DNA of 64,000 nt, taken from NCBI RefSeq assembly GCF_038561965.1, contig NZ_CP139348.1:1546340-1610339 (forward strand), given 5' to 3'. This document shows, piece by piece, positions 55,897 through 64,000 of this stretch (positions within the stretch are counted from its first letter, which is position 1; every line of letters starts with the position of its first letter). The position numbers were made by a program, and so were the translations under genes. This stretch comes from Stutzerimonas stutzeri (GTDB taxonomy: Bacteria > Pseudomonadota > Gammaproteobacteria > Pseudomonadales > Pseudomonadaceae). The notes beneath the pieces are model-generated. The model worked only from the letters and a program-made list of their open reading frames with translations. It was not told where the DNA came from and did no database searches.

Positions 55897-57192
55897 ATGA
55901 ATACCCGTAACAACCTGGACGAATACCAGAGCATCGTGCGTGCGCTATCCGACCGCATCGTCGAGGCACAAACCCCGGTGCGCGTGCTGGATGCGGTCAA
56001 GTGGGACGAAAACACCCGCCAAGGCTTCTTCGCTGCCCAAGGGCGCGAGTTGCCGAAGATCGATCGCGGTTATTACGAGGGCCGGCCACTGGCCTTCGAT
56101 TCCAGCGCGAAGAAACAGGAATTCCAAGACATCGAGCGCGACATCACCCGCCAGCTCGGCCAGTTCAACCCGGTCGGGCAGATCATGCGGCGTATGTGCA
56201 AGGAATACCGCATGGTGATTCGCATGCTCGAGGCGCGCGGCACGCCGGACTTCGGCATGATCTCGCAGGAGCTCTACGGCGCGGCGTCTGACGCCTTTCA
56301 CGCCGGCGATCCAACCCTGGCCGATCTCGGGCTGATGCTTTCGGATTACCTGAACAACATTGCCGATCGTGGCGATTTGCGCGACGAACCGAAGAACCTC
56401 ACCGCACCGCAGGCGGTCGAGCTGCTGCAGAAACGCCTCGACGTGGTGTTCGGCGAAGGCGAGGGCGTGATCCGCGTGTTCGAGTCCGATGGCATCCTCG
56501 CCGATGCGGCGGCTGGCGCCGACTACATCAAGATTCGCAGCGATGCGCTGTTCAACGAGCGCGACGTGCGTGCGCTGGAAGTCCATGAAGGCCTGGTGCA
56601 TGTGGGCACCACGCTCAACGGCCAGAACCAGCCGATCTGCACCTTCCTGGCCAAGGGGCCGCCATCCTCAACGGTGACTCAGGAAGGTCTGGCGATTCTG
56701 ATGGAAGTGATTGCCTTCGCCTCCTACCCGACACGTTTGCGCAAATTGACCAACCGCACCCGCGCCATCCACATGGCCGAGGAGGGCGCGGATTTTCTCG
56801 ACGTTTTCGCCTTCTTCCGCGAGCAGGGCTATGCCGACGACGACTGCTACAGCAATGCCAGCCGCGTATTTCGAGGCTCGACACCGGATGGCTTGCCCTT
56901 CACCAAGGATCTGTCCTACCTGAAGGGTTTCATCATGGTCTACAACTACATCCAGCTCGCCGTACGCAAAGGCCAGCTCGAGCAGATTCCACTACTGTTC
57001 TGTGGCAAGACCACCCTTGAAGACATGCGCACGCTGCGCCAGCTGGTGGACGAAGGCATGGTGGTACCGCCCAAGTACCTGCCGCAGCAGTTTCAGGATC
57101 TCAACGCACTATCGGCCTGGATGTGCTTCTCCAACTTCTTGAATCATCTGAGCCTGGATCGCATCGAAGCCGATTACGCCAACATTCTCTGA
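55897..57192 (+). CDS. flavohemoglobin expression-modulating QEGLA-motif protein (DUF1704)
   Basis: Contains the diagnostic TQEGLAILMEV motif. RBS gaagagg. Start at MNTRNNLDEY. Confidence 0.75.
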   Translation: MNTRNNLDEYQSIVRALSDRIVEAQTPVRVLDAVKWDENTRQGFFAAQGRELPKIDRGYYEGRPLAFDSSAKKQEFQDIERDITRQLGQFNPVGQIMRRMCKEYRMVIRMLEARGTPDFGMISQELYGAASDAFHAGDPTLADLGLMLSDYLNNIADRGDLRDEPKNLTAPQAVELLQKRLDVVFGEGEGVIRVFESDGILADAAAGADYIKIRSDALFNERDVRALEVHEGLVHVGTTLNGQNQPICTFLAKGPPSSTVTQEGLAILMEVIAFASYPTRLRKLTNRTRAIHMAEEGADFLDVFAFFREQGYADDDCYSNASRVFRGSTPDGLPFTKDLSYLKGFIMVYNYIQLAVRKGQLEQIPLLFCGKTTLEDMRTLRQLVDEGMVVPPKYLPQQFQDLNALSAWMCFSNFLNHLSLDRIEADYANIL

Positions 57193-57235
57193 TCCCGAAC
57201 AACCGGATACACCTCACGCAAGGAAGCGTAACGAC

Positions 57236-57895
57236 ATGGAAAACCCCGTTTTTGCCCGCCGTGCGAGCCCGATGGATCGCACGTTATCGCCCGCCGCATA
57301 CAACCTCGTCATCGGCCTCACCCTCTGTTGGGGGTTCTGGGTCAATTGGTGGATGGTTGGCAACATTCCGGTCGAGGCTATCCGCAGCATTCACCCGTGG
57401 CTGTTCTTCGGTGGCTATTTCGCCAGCTGCATGACCGGTGCCTGGCTGTTTCACCGTTCGAACAAGCCCTCGGTGAGTTTCCTCGGTTACAACCTGGTCG
57501 TGGTGCCGTTCGGGCTCATTGTCAATCTGGTGGTCAGTCGCTACGACGCTGCACTGGTTCACGACGCCATCCGCATCACGGCGCTCGTCACAGTGGGCAT
57601 GATGGTGCTGGGTACGCTGTTTCCGAAGTTTTTCGCCAGCATCGCCAGTGCCCTGACGGTGGCGTTGCTGTTGGTGATCATCGTGGAACTGGTCGAGCTG
57701 TTCATCCTCGGCATCCACCATGGCGTGATCGACTGGATCGTCGTGGCGATCTTCTGCGGTTACGTTGGCGTCGACTGGGGCAGGGCGAACCAGATTCCGA
57801 AGACCCTGGATAACGCCATCGACAGTGCTGCGGCGCTCTATATGGACATCATCAATCTGTTCCTGCGTATCCTGCGCATTCTTGGTCGTAAATAG
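57236..57895 (+). CDS. inner membrane protein, Bax-inhibitor-1 (BI-1)/YccA family-like
   Basis: Seven predicted transmembrane segments and a C-terminal ...LYMDIINLFLRILRILG motif typical of the BI-1/YccA family. Confidence 0.6.
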   Translation: MENPVFARRASPMDRTLSPAAYNLVIGLTLCWGFWVNWWMVGNIPVEAIRSIHPWLFFGGYFASCMTGAWLFHRSNKPSVSFLGYNLVVVPFGLIVNLVVSRYDAALVHDAIRITALVTVGMMVLGTLFPKFFASIASALTVALLLVIIVELVELFILGIHHGVIDWIVVAIFCGYVGVDWGRANQIPKTLDNAIDSAAALYMDIINLFLRILRILGRK

Positions 57896-57955
57896 GCGGG
57901 GCGGAGCAGCTGTGTCCTTGCCGTGCCGCCATCCAGTCGCTTTCAGGAGCCTCCT

Positions 57956-58702
57956 GTGTCCAGCCATGAACTCGAATACGAAATCCTCGGCCAGTCTGCG
58001 CAAAGCGTGGAGATCATCCTCGACCCCGGCGAGACGGTGATCGCCGAGGCCGGGGCGATGAACTACATGACCGATGGCGTGCGTTTCGAGGCGCGCATGG
58101 GGGATGGCTCCAGCAGCGGCGTGCTCGGCAAGCTGTGGGGCATGGGCAAGCGGATGATCACCGGTGAGTCGCTGTTCCTCACGCATTTCACCAATCAGGG
58201 CAAAAGCCAGGCCCGCGTGGCCTTTGCTGCGCCATATCCCGGCACGGTAGTGCCGGTGGACCTCGCAGCGCTCGGTGGGCAATTGATCTGCCAGAAGGAC
58301 GCCTTTCTCTGTGCGGCCTACGGCACCCGTATTGGCATCAGCTTCAGCAAACGCATCGGCGCCGGCTTCTTCGGTGGTGAGGGATTCATTCTGCAGCGCC
58401 TGGACGGCGACGGGCTGGCCTTCGTTCACGCCGGCGGTACGGTGATCCGCAAGGAACTGGACAACGAAACCCTGCGGCTGGATACCGGCTGCCTGGTGGC
58501 GTTCACGCCTGGTATCGATTACGACATCCAGTTGGCTGGCGGTCTGCGTAGCATGTTGTTCGGCGGTGAAGGATTGCTGCTCACCACCCTAAAGGGCACC
58601 GGTAGCGTCTGGATTCAGAGCCTGCCGTTCTCGCGTCTTGCCGAGCGGGTCTACGAGGCGACCTATCAGGCCCGCGGAGAAACCCGCGCCGGAGGTAAAT
58701 GA
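57956..58702 (+). CDS. TIGR00266 (DUF124/AIM24-like) family protein
   Basis: Matches the TIGR00266 family pattern. GTG start 7 nt after an aggag RBS. Confidence 0.65.
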   Translation: MSSHELEYEILGQSAQSVEIILDPGETVIAEAGAMNYMTDGVRFEARMGDGSSSGVLGKLWGMGKRMITGESLFLTHFTNQGKSQARVAFAAPYPGTVVPVDLAALGGQLICQKDAFLCAAYGTRIGISFSKRIGAGFFGGEGFILQRLDGDGLAFVHAGGTVIRKELDNETLRLDTGCLVAFTPGIDYDIQLAGGLRSMLFGGEGLLLTTLKGTGSVWIQSLPFSRLAERVYEATYQARGETRAGGK

Positions 58703-58750
58703 TCGGCCTGGGTCACGTCTGAATTTGCCACAATAGGCCTCTTTGCCTCG

Positions 58751-59089
58751 ATGAGATCGTCCATGTCCGAACGCAATCCCATTCCCTTGATCCTCACTGC
58801 CATAGGCAGCGTGTTCGCTACGGTCGCCGTACTGACCTACTACGGCTACGTGCATATCGCCAAGCCTGAAGATGCGCTGCTGCTGGCTGACTACACCATG
58901 CTCAAGACCGTTCCCGGAGACGACTACCGGGTTTCGCTGAAGCCGGCCTCACAGGTGGCACAGTGCATTGACGGTGTGCTGGTGCTGTTCGATACCGAGC
59001 AGAAGGGCTTGACCGGCGTACTGGTGGACAACAAGAAGCGCGCCGTACGCTGCATGGAAGAACAGGTCCCGGCTGGTCTGTTGCGTTGA
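58751..59089 (+). CDS. hypothetical small membrane-anchored protein
   Basis: One N-terminal transmembrane segment (PLILTAIGSVFATVAVLTYYGY), no recognised family, weak RBS. Confidence 0.4.
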   Translation: MRSSMSERNPIPLILTAIGSVFATVAVLTYYGYVHIAKPEDALLLADYTMLKTVPGDDYRVSLKPASQVAQCIDGVLVLFDTEQKGLTGVLVDNKKRAVRCMEEQVPAGLLR

Positions 59090-59137
59090 GCGCCTGGCCG
59101 TGGTGCCGGCGCTTAAAGGCGGCGGCCTGAAACAGAA

Positions 59138-59176
59138 ACGCTCCCGACGCGTTGATGGCGTCGGGAGCGTTCGTTC
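59138..59176. terminator. bidirectional terminator hairpin between the small hypothetical gene and the OmpA-family gene
   Basis: acgctcccgacgc gttgatg gcgtcgggagcgt, with T-rich flanks on both strands. Confidence 0.5.
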
Positions 59177-59194
59177 AGCTCTCGGGGTGCTGGA

Positions 59195-59977
59195 TCAGCG
59201 CATCGAAGAGCGTGGTGCTACCGGCTTGTTGTCGTCAGAAATGGTCACTTCCACGCGACGATTCATGGCACGGCCAGCTGAATCGCTGTTGCTTGCTACC
59301 GGATACTCCTTGCCATAACCCTGCGAGACGATGCGCTGTGGGTCGACACCCATCTTCACCAGTGCGGTGCGCACCGAGTTGGCACGGCGTTCAGAGAGGC
59401 GCTGGTTGTATTCGGCGGAACCGGTGCTGTCGGTGTAGCCCTCGACGATCACCTTGCGCTCGGTGTTTTCATTGAGGAAGTCAGCCAGCTTCTGCACGCT
59501 GCGCATGCCACCCGGTTTCAACTCGGCGCGGTCGTAATCGAACAGCACATCACCGAAGGTCACCAGCGTACCGCGCTCGGTCTGCTTGGCCTGCATGTCT
59601 TCCTGCAGCTTGCGGATCTGTGCGTCGCGGGATTCCAGGCGCGCCTCGGCACGCTGCGCCGAGGCTTTACCCAGATCCGCTTCAGCGGCGCGCAGGGCAA
59701 TGGTCTGCTCGGCCAGTTCGATACGGCGCTTGGTCAGGTAGGCCAGCTGATCGACTGTCTCTTTGTCGGCATCGTTGAGGTAGGCCTTGTTCGCCTTGTC
59801 CAGCATGTTGCTGGCGTCCTGGGTTTCCAGAGCGGCGACTTGGCTGGCACGCGAGTCGCTTTGCAGCGCAGAGAAGCTGCTGCGTACCTCTTCGAGGTTT
59901 TCGTTGGGCTGGCTGGCGCAGGCCACCAGGCCGATGCTCAGGGCTAGCATGGTAGGTAAGGTTACGAGCTTGTGCAT
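59195..59977 (-). CDS. OmpA-family peptidoglycan-binding lipoprotein
   Basis: Lipobox LVAC, a coiled-coil region and a C-terminal OmpA-like domain (NQRLSERRANSV, RRVEV). Confidence 0.85.
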   Translation of the reverse strand: MHKLVTLPTMLALSIGLVACASQPNENLEEVRSSFSALQSDSRASQVAALETQDASNMLDKANKAYLNDADKETVDQLAYLTKRRIELAEQTIALRAAEADLGKASAQRAEARLESRDAQIRKLQEDMQAKQTERGTLVTFGDVLFDYDRAELKPGGMRSVQKLADFLNENTERKVIVEGYTDSTGSAEYNQRLSERRANSVRTALVKMGVDPQRIVSQGYGKEYPVASNSDSAGRAMNRRVEVTISDDNKPVAPRSSMR

Positions 59978-60026
59978 GACGAGTTCATCCTATGGCTTTG
60001 AATGGAATGGCGGGCGAGTGGGGAAA

Positions 60027-60419
60027 TCAGCGAACGTTGCGCATGCCTTCTTCGCGTAGTTCCTTGATTCCCTGCTGGGCGTCGTCGACGGCTTTCTGAG
60101 CCTTGGCCGCTTCAGCCTTGCGTTCGGCGACACGGGCATCCCATTCGGCCTGTTCGGCCAGCTTGCGGGCTTCTTCGTAGTTTTCCTTTTGCATGGCCAT
60201 TTCGGCCTGCTTCCATTTTTCCTGCGCGGCACGCATTTCCACCGCAGCGTGCTCTGGGCCACCGGCGCTGACGGCGCTGCGCACTGCCGATTCAGTCACG
60301 GCGAACTGCTCGGTCGGCGGATTGCCCGCACATGCCGTCAGCAGCAGGCCACCAAGTGCAATGGCTGCCAGCTTGGGTAGCTGAAATCTCGAAGCGTGGG
60401 TTGCGACAGCTTTGTTCAT
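60027..60419 (-). CDS. DUF4398 family lipoprotein
   Basis: Lipobox LLTACAG and the helical A/E/K-rich body common to OmpA-associated DUF4398 proteins. Start at the ATG of MNKAVATH, with a GGAG RBS. Confidence 0.65.
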   Translation of the reverse strand: MNKAVATHASRFQLPKLAAIALGGLLLTACAGNPPTEQFAVTESAVRSAVSAGGPEHAAVEMRAAQEKWKQAEMAMQKENYEEARKLAEQAEWDARVAERKAEAAKAQKAVDDAQQGIKELREEGMRNVR

Positions 60420-60704
60420 GGTCAGTCTCCAGTTCGAATTGCATGACGGATAGCTACCGTCCCTGGCCGGGCAGCGTCTGATTAGGGCGCTACCGATGTC
60501 GGGACATATTTTTGTGAGGGCAAACGGCGTCATTCGTTCATTTGCGATTGGCGAGCTAGAGCGGTTGTCATGCACGCAGAGGGCTAAGATTCGAGCATCG
60601 GGAGCCTGGTGAACAGGCCACTGGGAGAGGGTTTGCCAGGCAAGGGTGGATCAGTTCGGGCGCCCTGGTCGGGCGCCGTCGAGGTGCAGATCGCGCTTAG
60701 TCGA

Positions 60705-61055
60705 TCAGGCGGAGGGAGGGGGCGGCGCATCTTCCTCGAGCATGCGCTTGAGATGCTTGCGCGACAGTTCGAGGAAGCGCGGTGTGGGGCCAGCGTCCTC
60801 GTAAACCGGGTCACCTTGTTCATCAGTGGCAATCACTTGCGTGCCACGCACGTACGGCAGGCTGGTTTCGACGGCCTCCAGCGCCGCGCCGACCAGTTCG
60901 CCCAGCAGTGCCTCGGTGCTGCGCTTGGGGTACATCTCGGCGAGAGCCGCGAGCCGCGCGGCGCTTTCAACGTCCAGCGGAATGCTGTAACGGGTCTGGC
61001 TCATGTGGCCTTTGGCGTCCCGTTCCCAATGGCTGACCAGCTCGGAAAGTCTCAT
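60705..61055 (-). CDS. hypothetical protein (116 aa)
   Basis: ATG 7 nt after an aggag RBS (MRLSELVSHWERDAKGH...). No family recognised. The longer ORF extension lacks an RBS. Confidence 0.45.
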   Translation of the reverse strand: MRLSELVSHWERDAKGHMSQTRYSIPLDVESAARLAALAEMYPKRSTEALLGELVGAALEAVETSLPYVRGTQVIATDEQGDPVYEDAGPTPRFLELSRKHLKRMLEEDAPPPPSA

Positions 61056-61304
61056 GATTACTCCTTTGCCCGCGCTTACGAGCGGTAATGACGTGTAGCT
61101 TTCATGTCGCTGCCCAATTGATGCCGGCACTGACGTCTTGTCATGGCCCGGCGTGGTGGGCACTCTGGTTGGAGATATTTTCAGCGTAGCCGTTCAGGAT
61201 CGTTTTCCCAGCGGAGCGTCTGATGCAATGCGGCGCGCCGGTCGCACAAGCCGGGCGAGGCGCGCGAAACTCATTGGTCGTATCGGCGGGAGAACAACAA
61301 GGTC

Positions 61305-63944
61305 ATGGCGAAAATCATCGATGCACGCCTGCGCGACAACGTACACCTGCTCGGCGAACTGCTCGGCAACACCATCCGTGCACAGCACGGCGACCAGTTC
61401 TTCGACAAGATCGAACGCATCCGCAAGGGTGCCAAGGCGGCACGCAAGGGTTCGGCCGACGGGGCGAGACTGCTGACCGAAACGCTGGACAGCCTGGATG
61501 AAAATGAACTGCTGCCTATGACTCGGGCATTCAACCAGTTTCTCAATCTGGCCAATATCGCCGAGCAGTATCATCAGGTCCGCCGCCGCACGGCTGGCGA
61601 GCCGGTACCTTTCGAGACGAGCGTGTTTGCCGATCTGATCGAGCGCCTCAAGGCGGCTGGGCATGGCGATGAGTTTATTGCACGGCAGGTCAGCCGCTTG
61701 GAAATCGAGCTGGTGCTGACCGCGCATCCCACCGAGGTGTCTCGCCGTACGCTGATTCAGAAGTACGACGCTATTGCCGAGCAACTGGCGGCGCGCGACC
61801 ACACCGACCTTTCCGATGCCGAGCAGGCGAAGATCGCGCTGCAGTTGCAGCGTCTGGTCGCCGAGGTCTGGCATACCGAGGAAATTCGGCGCAACCGGCC
61901 CACACCGGTCGAAGAAGCACGGTGGGGCTTCGCTGCGATCGAAAACTCGCTGTGGAAGGCCGTGCCCAACGTACTGCGCCAGACTGATGCGACGCTCAGG
62001 CGAGCGACCGGGCTGCATTTGCCGCTGGAGGCTGCGCCGATCCGCTTCGCGTCCTGGATGGGCGGTGACCGAGACGGCAACCCGAACGTGACGGCAATGG
62101 TGTCTCGCGAGGTCCTGCTGACGGCACGCTGGATGGCTGCGGACCTGTATCTCCGCGAGATCGAGGGACTGATCACCGCGTTGTCCATGAGCGAAGCCAG
62201 CGACGAGCTGCTGCGCCAGAGTGGTGATTCGGCCGAGCCGTATCGAGTGCTGCTCAAGCCGTTACGGCAACGCTTGCGGGCGACGCGCGACTGGGCACGT
62301 GCAGCCATCCAGCACGGCCAACCGGCACCGGTCGATGTACTGCAGGATTGTGCGGAACTGCGCCGGCCGCTGGAGCTGTGCTATCGATCGCTGCATGCCT
62401 GCGGCATGGGCATGATCGCCGATGGCGCACTGCTCGACTGTTTGCGGCGCCTGGCGGTGTTCGGGCTGTTCTTGGTGCGTCTCGATATTCGCCAGGACGC
62501 GGCTCGACATGCCGCTGCGCTGGCGGAAATCACCGACTACCTGGGTATGGGCGATTACCAGCAATGGGACGAACAGCGCCGGCTGGATTGGCTGCAGCTC
62601 GAGTTGAGCAATCGCCGTCCGTTGTTGCCGGCCCACTATCACCCTTCGGCCGATACCGCCGAGGTACTGGCCACCTGTTCGGTAATCGCCGAGGCGCCTG
62701 CCACCTCGCTGGGGTCCTACGTCATTTCCATGGCCCACGCGGCGTCAGACGTGCTTGCGGTGCAACTGCTGCTCAAGGAGGCCGGTCTGCAGCGACCGAT
62801 GCGCGTGGTGCCGCTGTTCGAAACCCTGGACGACCTGAACAACGCTGCGCCGATCATCGATCGGCTGCTCGCCTTGCCAGGGTATCGCCAGCGTCTGCAG
62901 GGACCGCAGGAGGTGATGATCGGCTACTCGGACTCCGCCAAGGACGCCGGCACCACGGCCGCCGCCTGGGCCCAGTACCGTGCCCAGGAGCGCCTGGTGG
63001 AGGTGTGCCGAGAGCACGATGTCGAACTGCTGTTGTTCCATGGCCGCGGTGGCACCGTGGGACGTGGCGGCGGCCCAGCGCACGCGGCGATTCTTTCACA
63101 GCCGCCGGGCTCGGTGGCGGGGCGTTTCCGTACCACCGAACAAGGCGAGATGATCCGCTTCAAGTTCGGCCTGCCGGATATCGCCGAGCAGAACCTCAAC
63201 CTGTATCTCGCGGCAGTGCTCGAAGCGACCCTGCTACCGCCACCGATGCCCGAACCCGGCTGGCGCGAAACCATGGACCGGCTCGCCGCCGAAGGCGTGG
63301 CGGCCTACCGGGGCGTCGTGCGTGAACATCCACTGTTCGTCGACTACTTCCGCCAGGCGACACCGGAGCTTGAGCTCGGACGCCTTCCGTTGGGCAGCCG
63401 ACCATCCAAACGTCGCGAGGGTGGGGTGGAAAGCCTGCGAGCAATTCCCTGGATCTTTGCCTGGACGCAAACGCGGCTGATGCTGCCCGCCTGGCTGGGT
63501 TGGGAGCAGGCATTGCACAACGCGCTGCAGCGCGGGGAAGGCGATTGCCTGGCTGAGATGCGAGCACGCTGGCCCTTCTTCACCACGCGAATCGACATGC
63601 TGGAAATGGTGCTGGCCAAGGCCGATGCGGATATTGCGCGGCGTTACGACGAGCGTCTGGTACAGCCGGAACTGCTTGCACTCGGCAGCGATTTGCGTGA
63701 CCGATTGTCGCAGGTGGTCGGTGCGGTACTGAGCGTGACCGGCCAAGTCGATCTGCTCGACCACAGCCCCAAGACTCAGGAAGCGTTCAGCCTGCGCAAC
63801 ACTTACCTCGATCCGTTGCACCTGCTGCAGATCGAACTGTTGGCGCGTTCAAGGCAGCAGCAGAACCCAGCAGACAGCCCGCTCGAGCAGGCCCTGCTGG
63901 TCAGTGTTGCTGGTATTGCGGCCGGCTTGCGCAACACTGGCTGA
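61305..63944 (+). CDS. ppc: phosphoenolpyruvate carboxylase
   Basis: [21 protein letters not shown]..., the VLTAHPTE and [14 protein letters not shown] motifs, and a C-terminal ...NTG, 879 aa. Confidence 0.95.
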   Translation: MAKIIDARLRDNVHLLGELLGNTIRAQHGDQFFDKIERIRKGAKAARKGSADGARLLTETLDSLDENELLPMTRAFNQFLNLANIAEQYHQVRRRTAGEPVPFETSVFADLIERLKAAGHGDEFIARQVSRLEIELVLTAHPTEVSRRTLIQKYDAIAEQLAARDHTDLSDAEQAKIALQLQRLVAEVWHTEEIRRNRPTPVEEARWGFAAIENSLWKAVPNVLRQTDATLRRATGLHLPLEAAPIRFASWMGGDRDGNPNVTAMVSREVLLTARWMAADLYLREIEGLITALSMSEASDELLRQSGDSAEPYRVLLKPLRQRLRATRDWARAAIQHGQPAPVDVLQDCAELRRPLELCYRSLHACGMGMIADGALLDCLRRLAVFGLFLVRLDIRQDAARHAAALAEITDYLGMGDYQQWDEQRRLDWLQLELSNRRPLLPAHYHPSADTAEVLATCSVIAEAPATSLGSYVISMAHAASDVLAVQLLLKEAGLQRPMRVVPLFETLDDLNNAAPIIDRLLALPGYRQRLQGPQEVMIGYSDSAKDAGTTAAAWAQYRAQERLVEVCREHDVELLLFHGRGGTVGRGGGPAHAAILSQPPGSVAGRFRTTEQGEMIRFKFGLPDIAEQNLNLYLAAVLEATLLPPPMPEPGWRETMDRLAAEGVAAYRGVVREHPLFVDYFRQATPELELGRLPLGSRPSKRREGGVESLRAIPWIFAWTQTRLMLPAWLGWEQALHNALQRGEGDCLAEMRARWPFFTTRIDMLEMVLAKADADIARRYDERLVQPELLALGSDLRDRLSQVVGAVLSVTGQVDLLDHSPKTQEAFSLRNTYLDPLHLLQIELLARSRQQQNPADSPLEQALLVSVAGIAAGLRNTG

Positions 63945-64000
63945 GGTCGCGCAGCACTCTGGCTGACGGCTTTATGCGTGTCGCGCCGTTAGCGCCCAGT

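Noticed and set aside
53005-55969. 389-aa and 539-aa minus-strand ORFs antisense to prfB and lysS.
   Set aside because: They oppose two universally conserved genes. Shadow ORFs.
1-64000. CRISPR arrays, IS elements, integrases and prophage genes.
   Set aside because: No short regularly spaced direct repeats, no transposase or integrase-like ORFs, and no terminal inverted repeats were found. GC and codon usage are uniform apart from short intergenic AT-rich stretches.

Overview
The window reads as a 64 kb stretch of high-GC (about 63%) gamma-proteobacterial chromosome. Its gene content and order look Pseudomonas-like (P. stutzeri/aeruginosa-type), and I found no obvious mobile elements, integrases or CRISPR arrays. 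Almost all of it is densely packed housekeeping genes.

Features called, in order along the window:
- The 3' part of an acetyl-CoA hydrolase/transferase gene, then nadA, bepA, a TusA-like gene, an AI-2E transporter, bcp, gcvR and dapA-bamC-purC.
- tRNA-Ser, polB, and the ydbH-ynbE-ydbL trio.
- A Sel1-repeat gene, rmuC, and a large hybrid sensor kinase with a sodium:solute symporter (SSF) N-terminal domain (CrbS/MxtR-type rather than CbrA).
- A GNAT acetyltransferase, azlCD plus an MFS transporter, rdgC, a tRNA-Val/tRNA-Asp operon, an FKBP-type prolyl isomerase and bfd-bfr with a Fur-box-like site.
- yaeQ, an NRAMP-like membrane protein with pxpCBA, recJ, a molybdopterin oxidoreductase, an Old Yellow Enzyme (OYE) family flavin reductase and a DUF533 protein.
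- prfB (with its conserved programmed +1 frameshift), REP elements, lysS, a QEGLA-motif protein, a Bax-inhibitor-1 (BI-1)/YccA-like protein, a TIGR00266 protein, an OmpA-family lipoprotein with a DUF4398 partner, and ppc.

The part most worth a second look is an eight-gene co-directional cluster at about 28.9-39.9 kb. It runs DUF2170 (YjfI-like), PspA/IM30 (YjfJ-like), a YqiJ/NfeD-like membrane protein, a YqiK-type flotillin (SPFH), a small acidic 79-aa protein, a 1748-aa protein with a C-terminal MoxR-like AAA+ ATPase domain, a rhomboid protease whose start overlaps the giant gene's stop, and a single-HKD phospholipase-D-family protein. A promoter-like region with palindromic operator-like sequences lies upstream. 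As a unit it looks like a functionally uncharacterised membrane remodelling/stress system.

Smaller observations: a frameshifted MgtC-family pseudogene remnant; an AT-rich intergenic region with DnaA-box-like inverted repeats; REP palindromes; and several long antisense shadow ORFs, which I rejected.
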